From NCBI GenBank assembly GCA_035387885.1, contig DAOOOW010000003.1:3498-67497 (forward strand): a stretch of DNA of 64,000 nt, read 5' to 3'. Below the pieces are notes generated by a model that saw only the letters and a list, made by a program, of their open reading frames with translations, made no database searches and had not been told where the DNA came from. Made by a program: the position numbers and the translations under genes. This document shows positions 57,164-64,000 of this stretch, one piece after another. The stretch's first letter is position 1; every line of letters begins with the position of its first letter. This DNA is from a bacterium. GTDB taxonomy: Bacteria; Patescibacteriota; Patescibacteriia; UBA2196.

Positions 57164-57673
57164 TTATTTCAAATGCGCTAAAATTTCTTTGTTAAAACAT
57201 ATCTTTCGAAACCATAGAAAATAATTCCATAAAAAAATATGAATTCCAGTTGGCAATGGCGACACCAACGGCACCCGTTGATTATCGCAATCCAAAGGAT
57301 CAATTCCAAGGATGTGTAACCAGTTAATCAAGAGACAACACGCACCGAGCAATTGATCCGCCTGCATTATCACGATACCTGTAAACGTTAAAAGAAAAAA
57401 TCCTGGCAGTGAATGAAAAAAATTAACTTTGGCTGGATCAAGCTTGCCCAAAGTAATTTTTCCTTGCTTCAGACCCTGCCAAATTTCTCTGCGTCGTGCT
57501 TTGGCTTTTTTGCCAAGATAATGATCAACGTCAATAAAAACTCCACTGAACATTATCAGACAAAATCCTATTATTGCCAATGCCCACCGATCTTCAGTGA
57601 CACGCACACTAAAATAATATATTGCCGCTGAAAATGTCGGCAAAAAATGCAATACGCCTAAATGATAAATCAT
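57164..57673 (-). CDS. membrane protein, possibly DUF457/YdjM-like metal-dependent membrane hydrolase
   Basis: Four to five TM segments and an FIDVDHYL motif. GC about 40%. Confidence 0.3.
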   Translation of the reverse strand: MIYHLGVLHFLPTFSAAIYYFSVRVTEDRWALAIIGFCLIMFSGVFIDVDHYLGKKAKARRREIWQGLKQGKITLGKLDPAKVNFFHSLPGFFLLTFTGIVIMQADQLLGACCLLINWLHILGIDPLDCDNQRVPLVSPLPTGIHIFLWNYFLWFRKICFNKEILAHLK

Positions 57674-57698
57674 CCCTAACCTCCAAATTTTTAAACTG

Positions 57699-58358
57699 TT
57701 ATTTTTTCTCCTGCATTTTCTTTATCTCTGCAGCTAATCGATTCTTAAAACTATTCAACCTGTCCTGTAAAACACTAACATCAACACCCTTTGTCTTGGC
57801 TTCGCCAGCAGTTTCTTTAATTTCTGTCTTTATTTCTGCTAACGCTATTCGTGCCGCCCTTATTCTAGCATTTCTATTGTTTATTAGCTCGTAACCAATA
57901 ATGGTTACAGTTGCTTTTTTGTTTGCATATCTATTAGTGACCTTACGGGCTTCCATGCTACCGGTTACACAGATATCTATCTCATTACCAGAAATACCAC
58001 TGCCAACATCGCAGGCTAAAAAAATAATAGAATACCCATTTCTCTCATAACCATCAATAGTAAAAATCTTGCCCAGAGCAATAACTTTGGGATCAACCGC
58101 TGCCGAAACATAACTTCCTAAATAATACCCTTGTAAAGTACGTAAAGGTATTCCCCGGCGATCAAATCCGCCACCTTCTCTTTTTGCTTCTTCTTCTGTT
58201 TTATATCCTTCTGGTGGCGGTGGCCAATAACCTGTTGTGACCACATCTTTAATAACTATTCTTTCACTTTCATCATACAACTCATACTGAAAATCTTGGG
58301 CTACTACAACCGTAGTAACGATAAATGCTAATAACACAATTATTTTCCATTTACCCAT
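57699..58358 (-). CDS. secreted 3D-domain protein (MltA-like / YuiC-type cell-wall binding)
   Basis: Signal peptide. AAVDPKVIALGKIFTIDGY...ACDVGSGISGNEIDI matches the 3D domain consensus. GGAGG RBS. Confidence 0.65.
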   Translation of the reverse strand: MGKWKIIVLLAFIVTTVVVAQDFQYELYDESERIVIKDVVTTGYWPPPPEGYKTEEEAKREGGGFDRRGIPLRTLQGYYLGSYVSAAVDPKVIALGKIFTIDGYERNGYSIIFLACDVGSGISGNEIDICVTGSMEARKVTNRYANKKATVTIIGYELINNRNARIRAARIALAEIKTEIKETAGEAKTKGVDVSVLQDRLNSFKNRLAAEIKKMQEKK

Positions 58359-58509
58359 CTTGTCCTCCAGCTGTTTATATTTTTAATAATAATTTTTTCT
58401 TGAATATTCCAGCATATATTATCTATTAAAAAAAGTCAAGGAAACAAAAATAGACAGGTTTTAAACTTGTCTCTACCATCATACATTATTTATACCCCAT
58501 TATATAATT

Positions 58510-59889
58510 TTACTGTCCGCCTCCACTCAACACCGTTTTAATAGTCTTTAGAACAATAGATAAATCTAAAAGCATTGATCTGTTTTTAATATAATACAAA
58601 TCATATTGTAATTTTTCTAAGGCATCTGCTTCGCTTGAGCCGTAAGGAAAATTAATTTGTGCCCAACCAGTAAGCCCAGGTTTAATCAGTAATCTTTCGT
58701 TATAATAAGGAATTTTATTTTCTAGTTTTTCCACAAATTCTGGCCGCTCTGGCCGTGGCCCAATAAAACTCATTTCGCCACGCAAGATATTAATTAATTG
58801 AGGAATTTCATCAATTCGTGTTTTTCTAAAAAATTTACCACTTTTAGTAACTCGGGGGTCATTTTTAGTGGCCCACTGCGGTCCGTTAACTTCTGCATTT
58901 CTATGCATGGTGCGAATTTTAATAGCTAAAAATTTTTTACCAAGCTTGCCAGTTCTGGTTTGCATAAATAAAAAAGGTCCATGACTATTTAATTTAACAA
59001 TTAAATATAACAACGGTAAAAAAGGAATAGCCACAATTAAAATTATGAGAGCCAAAATAAGATCTAGACTTCTTTTACCTATTTCATAAACAGTTTTTTG
59101 ACTTTCTTTTAAATTTTCTAAAAACCAAATTTGCCCAATAGAATTAACCGGAATTTTACCAGTAAATTTTTCGATAAAACTTGGTAAATCAAAAAAATAT
59201 ATTTTTAAAGGAATACATTCATACAAACTATTGACTAATTCGGGATTGTGATGAGGATTTAAAGCTGTGATGATGGTTTTAATTTTTTTAATTTTTACTA
59301 AACCAGGCAAAGAATGTGGCGGGTTTAGAATTTCTATATCTAAAATTTTTTCCAGATCCATGTTTGTTCCACCTTCATTAATAATGCCCACAACTTTTAA
59401 GCCCAATTGCGGATTATCATTAATTTCTCTGGCCAAAGACAAAGTTTCTTGATTTAAGCCAATAATTAAAACATTATTTTGCCAAGGTTTAATTTTGACT
59501 AATAAATTAAAAATTTGTCGCCAAGCAAGAAACAAGATAGTTAAAAGCGCGAATTCCAGTAATAAATTGGTTTTAGGAGTAATACCTGGTCTGATAACAT
59601 AGAAAAAAGCCATGGAGACTCCTGCGCACCAAGCCAAACTTTTCATTAAAATAGTATAAAAAATTAAATTAGTTCTAGCAATTTGTAAACTGTAGATACC
59701 AGAGATGTAAAAAATAAGCATCCAAATGACAAAAATAAAACTAAAGGGCCAAAAATGTTGGGCCCATCTTTCTTCTATTTCTAAACTCTGATAACGAATT
59801 AACAGAGTTAAATAAAGCGAAAGATATAAAATACCAAGATCACCTAAAATCAAAATTACTTTTTTTATTTTAGTGAGAATATCAGACAT
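58510..59889 (-). CDS. polyprenyl-phosphate hexose-1-phosphate transferase (second WbaP/WcaJ-type paralog)
   Basis: C-terminal sugar transferase domain DEIPQLINILRGEMSFIGPRP...GLTGWAQI. Confidence 0.85.
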   Translation of the reverse strand: MSDILTKIKKVILILGDLGILYLSLYLTLLIRYQSLEIEERWAQHFWPFSFIFVIWMLIFYISGIYSLQIARTNLIFYTILMKSLAWCAGVSMAFFYVIRPGITPKTNLLLEFALLTILFLAWRQIFNLLVKIKPWQNNVLIIGLNQETLSLAREINDNPQLGLKVVGIINEGGTNMDLEKILDIEILNPPHSLPGLVKIKKIKTIITALNPHHNPELVNSLYECIPLKIYFFDLPSFIEKFTGKIPVNSIGQIWFLENLKESQKTVYEIGKRSLDLILALIILIVAIPFLPLLYLIVKLNSHGPFLFMQTRTGKLGKKFLAIKIRTMHRNAEVNGPQWATKNDPRVTKSGKFFRKTRIDEIPQLINILRGEMSFIGPRPERPEFVEKLENKIPYYNERLLIKPGLTGWAQINFPYGSSEADALEKLQYDLYYIKNRSMLLDLSIVLKTIKTVLSGGGQ

Positions 59890-59989
59890 AAATCAAGATG
59901 CTTTTATTATACTTATTTTTAACAAATTTGGCAAATTGTGTTAATATCTAAGATGGATTATAATAAATACTATAATAAATAATTAAAAT

Positions 59990-62206
59990 ATGACCAACAA
60001 AAAAGTTCCTCTCTATTTTGCTTATGCCCTTAAAACAGTTTTATATTTAATTTTAATAACTCCGATTTTAATTTCTTCAAAATATCTTTTTCCTTTTATT
60101 ACCACTAAAACTATTTATTTTAGATTGATGGTGGAAATTGCTTTGGTTTTATATTTAATTTTACTTTTTATAACTAATGAGTTTAAGCCCAAAATGAACA
60201 AACTTTCTTGGAGCGTGGTTATTTTTGGTGGTGTAATTTTTTTAACAGGTATTACCGGAATGGATTTTTATCGGACTTTTTGGGGCACAATTGAAAGGGG
60301 AGAAGGCTTTTTAACTATTAGCCATTTGATGATTTATTTTTTGTTATTAACTTGGGTTTTTAAAAGTAAAAAAGATTGGCTTAATTATATAAGCGCTTTA
60401 ATTGGCGTGGGCTTAATGGTTGATTTATACGCGATTTTACAAAAAGCTCAAGTAGAAAATTTTTTCTTGTTTGGCCGGGTTATTAATTCTGGCGGTCGTT
60501 TGACAGCTACTTTGGGTAACGCGGCTTTCTTGGGCGCTTTTACTTTAGCCCAATTCTTTTTATCTCTTTTAATTGTTTTAAAAAGGAATCATTGGGGCTG
60601 GAAAATTTTAGGCGCCTCGGGGGCTTTAATAAATTTATACGTACTTTTTCAAACTCAAACCAGAGGTGCGGGCATTGCTCTGGCTATAGTTTTAATTATT
60701 GGTAGCCTATTTTTTGCTCTTAAGATTAGAGAGAAAAAATTAAAATTTATGGCTCTTGGTTTTTTTATTTTAATAATTGCCTCGATTATTTTGATTTTTA
60801 CTTTTAAAAACAGTTCTTTGGTGCAAAATAATCCCATGCTTTATCGTTTGGTTAGTATTTCCAAAACAGATATTACCACTGAATCGCGTTTATTAGCCTG
60901 GGACACCTCTTGGAAGGGTTGGCAAGATAGATTTATTTTTGGTTATGGCTGGGAAAATTACAATATAGCTTTTAATAAATATTTTCACGCGGAAATTTTT
61001 AAAGACGCTGGTTCGCAATTATGGTTTGATCGAGCCCACAATACAATTTTTGATGTGGCTGTGGCTACTGGTTTAATTGGTTTAATTAATTATTTAACAA
61101 TTTTTGGTTTAGCTCTTTATTATTTATATAAAAAATTGGCTAAAGATTTTTATTTAAGTTTTATTTTAATGTGTTCGCTGGTGGCGCATTTTATACAAAA
61201 TATTTTTGTTTTTGATGTCTTATCAACCTATGTGATTTTATATACTGTTTTGGCTTTAATAACATTTATAAATTTTGAAGAGGAAGAAAATCCCAATAAA
61301 AATAATCCTAAAAAAGATTTTAATATTATTTTATTAATCGGCCTTATTTTGATCATAACTTTTCTGGCTTATATTTTTAATTGCAAACCTTTGCAAGCCA
61401 ATAAAATTGGTATTCAAGCACTTTCTTTGGCTGGCAGTGATGAAAAACAAACAGTTAAATTGTTTGAAGAAGGTATTGCTTTAAATACTTATCAAACCAT
61501 GGAATTAAGACAAAAATTAGCTGATAACATCTTGGCTGTTAACAGGACAAAAAATGGTTTAACCCAAGATGATGTCAATAATAATTATCAAATTAGCATT
61601 AAAGAAATTAAAAAAAATATTGAAGAGCACCCCAATGATGTGCAAAATCATTTATATTTAATGGCTTTAAATAATCAATATGGTTCTTCCAATAAACAAG
61701 CTTATGGCGAAGTTTTGATTTGGGGGGAGAAGGCTTTAAGACTTTCTCCAACTAGACCGCAAATTTATTTTGAAATGGGACAGGCTAGCATTAATTTAGG
61801 TAATTTTACAGACGGCATCACTTATTTTAAAAAAGCTTTAGCTCTTAATGAAGAAGCTCAAGAATCTCATTGGAATCTGTTTGCTGCTTATTCCTTAATT
61901 AAAAAAAATGAATTAGCTGATGCTGAAATAAAATGGCTAGAAAATAATGGTTTTGACTTTACTTCTTCACAAAATTTAAATCGTTTGTATACTATTTATA
62001 TGTTGTCTGATCGCAAAGAAAAAATGGTGGAAACTTTAGAAAAACTTATTGATCTTGAACCAAACGCAGATAATTATGCTAAAATAGCCGCTGCCTATAA
62101 AGAAGTGGGACAATTTGATAAAGCGCGCGCTGCAGTTAATAAAGCCGTGGAATTAAATCCAGAACTGCAAGCCGAAGCAGTTAAATTTTTACAACTCTTA
62201 AAGTAG
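59990..62206 (+). CDS. O-antigen ligase/polymerase-like (Wzy_C) membrane domain fused to C-terminal TPR repeats
   Basis: About 11 TM segments with a large periplasmic loop near RGAGIALAIVL, then about 300 aa of TPR-like repeats. Confidence 0.65.
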   Translation: MTNKKVPLYFAYALKTVLYLILITPILISSKYLFPFITTKTIYFRLMVEIALVLYLILLFITNEFKPKMNKLSWSVVIFGGVIFLTGITGMDFYRTFWGTIERGEGFLTISHLMIYFLLLTWVFKSKKDWLNYISALIGVGLMVDLYAILQKAQVENFFLFGRVINSGGRLTATLGNAAFLGAFTLAQFFLSLLIVLKRNHWGWKILGASGALINLYVLFQTQTRGAGIALAIVLIIGSLFFALKIREKKLKFMALGFFILIIASIILIFTFKNSSLVQNNPMLYRLVSISKTDITTESRLLAWDTSWKGWQDRFIFGYGWENYNIAFNKYFHAEIFKDAGSQLWFDRAHNTIFDVAVATGLIGLINYLTIFGLALYYLYKKLAKDFYLSFILMCSLVAHFIQNIFVFDVLSTYVILYTVLALITFINFEEEENPNKNNPKKDFNIILLIGLILIITFLAYIFNCKPLQANKIGIQALSLAGSDEKQTVKLFEEGIALNTYQTMELRQKLADNILAVNRTKNGLTQDDVNNNYQISIKEIKKNIEEHPNDVQNHLYLMALNNQYGSSNKQAYGEVLIWGEKALRLSPTRPQIYFEMGQASINLGNFTDGITYFKKALALNEEAQESHWNLFAAYSLIKKNELADAEIKWLENNGFDFTSSQNLNRLYTIYMLSDRKEKMVETLEKLIDLEPNADNYAKIAAAYKEVGQFDKARAAVNKAVELNPELQAEAVKFLQLLK

Positions 62207-62274
62207 CGCGAATTGTGCGAATTAAAATTGCGAATTAATTGCGAATAATTTAAAGTGCGAATCCCTATAGGGAC
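62207..62274 (+). promoter_or_regulatory. array of five TGCGAAT direct repeats plus palindrome tccctataggga upstream of the subtilase gene
   Basis: Seen directly. Spacings are 9, 13, 11 and 16 nt. The palindrome ends 13 nt before the ATG. Confidence 0.35.
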
Positions 62275-62287
62275 AAATGTCTAAATT

Positions 62288-64000
62288 ATGAAAATAAAAA
62301 AAATAAAATTTTTATTACCCTATTGCCTGATTATAATATTACTAATTTTAGGTAATTTTTTTTCTATTCCTGTAAAAGCAATTTCTGCCAGCAATATTTT
62401 ACCTCCGCATCAATCCGGTGAACTTCTTATTAAACTTAAAAATAGCCAACAAATTTATAAATTTAAATTTCAAAACGATAATGAATTACAAGAATTAATA
62501 AAATTTTATCAAGAACAAAAAGATGTTGAATTAGTAGAACCCAATTATCTCTATCAAGCTGCACTCATTCCCAATGATCAATATTATGATGAACAATGGT
62601 ATTTGGAAAAAATTCAAGCGCCCAATGCTTGGAATATAACTACTGGCACCAATCTGCCAATCATTGCTATTATAGATTCTGGGGTGGATATTGATCATCC
62701 AGATTTAAAAAATAATATTTGGACAAATTCTAAAGAAATTGCTAATAACGGTATTGACGATGATCAAAATGGTTTTACAGATGATTTTTACGGTTGGGAT
62801 TTTGTAGACAATAACAACAATGTTAAACCAACTATTAAAGAACCATATTCTGATATAGGTTTAAAACACGGCACGGTTGTAGCTGGAGTGGTGGCTGCTG
62901 AAGGTGGTAATAAGGAAGGTGTTGCTGGAATATCTTGGCATGCCAAAATTATGGTTATTAAAGCTTTGGACAATGCCGGCGTTGGTGACACATTAACTGT
63001 ATCCAAAGCTATTGATTATGCCAGAGTTATGGGTGCTAATATTATTAATTTAAGTTTTGTGGGTGAAGGTAATAGTCAAACTTTAGAAACAGCTATTAAA
63101 CAAGCTTATGAAGCAGACATTATGGTTGTAGCAGCGGCCGGTAACGAAGTTAAGGATGGTGTTAATATGAATACCAGCCCCAGATATCCAGCTTGTCATA
63201 ATGGACCCAATGGTGACAATTGGGTTATAGCTGTGGGCTCTTTAGATGCCAATGATGTTAAAGCCAGTTTTTCTAATTATGGTTCCAACTGTTTAGATAT
63301 TTCAGCGCCTGGAGTAGGAATTTTTAGTACAGTATATTATAATAACAATAATGATAAATATAAAAAATATTATGAACGCGGTTGGACAGGTACTTCTGTC
63401 TCAGCGCCACAAATTGCTGGAGCGGCTGCATTAATTAAATCCTTAAGACCAGAATTGCCTTTTAATCAAATCAAAAAAATAATTTTACAAAATACTGATA
63501 ATATTGATGAGACTAATAAAAATTTAAAAGGATTTTTGGGTAATGGCCGTTTAAATTTAATTAAAAGTATTTCTAATGCTTTAATGGCCACACCAGAAAC
63601 TTCCATTCAACCGAAAAGAATTATCACTTCGCCTGTCTCGGCTGGAGGCCCACATATTAAAATTTTTAGAAAAGGAATTTTGGAACAGCAATTTTTTGCT
63701 CATGATGAAAAATTTCGTGGTGGTTTAAGTTTAGCTGGTTATACTACTAATGAACAACTAAAAATTGTGGTTGGTTTGGGCAAAGGCACATACCCGTGGA
63801 TAAAGATATTTTCTAATACCAATACTTTAATAGAAAAGATGTCCGCATTTGCAGAAAATTTTCGTGGCGGTGTTGAAGTGACGGCGGGTCAAGTAAACGC
63901 GGACAAAGAAATAGAAATAGTGGCAACAGCAGGAGTAAGTGGCGGACCACAAATAAGAATTTTTAATGAATTGGGGTTAGTTAAAAGCAGTTGGTTTGCT
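62288..64000 (+). CDS. subtilisin-like serine protease (S8 family), 3' partial at window edge
   Basis: Signal/TM N-terminus. Asp IAIIDSGVD, His HGTVVAG, Ser GTSVSAPQIAGAAAL. C-terminal repeated AGGPHIKIF and SGGPQIRIF modules. The ORF is open to the window end. Confidence 0.8.
   Translation, partial: MKIKKIKFLLPYCLIIILLILGNFFSIPVKAISASNILPPHQSGELLIKLKNSQQIYKFKFQNDNELQELIKFYQEQKDVELVEPNYLYQAALIPNDQYYDEQWYLEKIQAPNAWNITTGTNLPIIAIIDSGVDIDHPDLKNNIWTNSKEIANNGIDDDQNGFTDDFYGWDFVDNNNNVKPTIKEPYSDIGLKHGTVVAGVVAAEGGNKEGVAGISWHAKIMVIKALDNAGVGDTLTVSKAIDYARVMGANIINLSFVGEGNSQTLETAIKQAYEADIMVVAAAGNEVKDGVNMNTSPRYPACHNGPNGDNWVIAVGSLDANDVKASFSNYGSNCLDISAPGVGIFSTVYYNNNNDKYKKYYERGWTGTSVSAPQIAGAAALIKSLRPELPFNQIKKIILQNTDNIDETNKNLKGFLGNGRLNLIKSISNALMATPETSIQPKRIITSPVSAGGPHIKIFRKGILEQQFFAHDEKFRGGLSLAGYTTNEQLKIVVGLGKGTYPWIKIFSNTNTLIEKMSAFAENFRGGVEVTAGQVNADKEIEIVATAGVSGGPQIRIFNELGLVKSSWFA

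Noticed and set aside
62207-62274. CRISPR array
   Set aside because: The repeats are only 7-9 nt with irregular spacing, and there is no cas context. A regulatory direct-repeat array is the better reading.
1-64000. tRNA genes
   Set aside because: I did not recognise any cloverleaf signatures (GTTCGAATC-type T-arm plus matching acceptor). A tRNAscan run would be needed to be sure.

Overview
This is an AT-rich (about 30% GC) bacterial segment with short intergenic spacers and many small genes. The composition and gene content look like an uncultivated small-genome lineage of the Patescibacteria/CPR type, but that placement is inference only. The first 18 kb carries housekeeping and envelope genes: queH, a membrane/CAP-domain/GH1/murF operon, mscL, and a type-A RNase P RNA (rnpB) with a near-consensus promoter. 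From about 18.3 to 62.2 kb there is one very large cell-surface glycan or glycosylation locus bracketed by two inverted WbaP-type initiating phosphotransferases. It holds at least 11 GT4 and 3 GT2 glycosyltransferases, 4 GT-C-like membrane proteins, GtrA, a Wzx flippase, an O-antigen-ligase/TPR fusion, 5 class-I SAM methyltransferases, an SDR, an NAD-epimerase, a GATase/PP-loop sugar amidotransferase, and four intact B12-binding radical SAM enzymes plus a SPASM-type radical SAM and one decayed paralog. Housekeeping genes def, priA and gap sit inside it. Things that stood out: (i) a 0.5 kb foreign cassette of roughly 45-50% GC that carries a consensus promoter and a GGGAGG RBS driving a 107-aa unknown protein, flanked by near-identical 22-bp hairpin direct repeats; (ii) several families of GC-rich palindromic mini-elements (REP/RPE-like) inserted in-frame into queH, priA and two glycosyltransferase genes, together with a frameshifted IS200/RAYT-like transposase remnant; (iii) a 131-bp MITE-like element with perfect 17-bp terminal inverted repeats between priA and def; (iv) a priA that lacks Walker A/B, and an HtrA-like protein that lacks the whole catalytic triad; (v) heptanucleotide repeats inside two GT genes and a (CT)5 promoter spacer; (vi) a TGCGAAT direct-repeat array upstream of a subtilase. 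I found no CRISPR array and recognised no tRNA.
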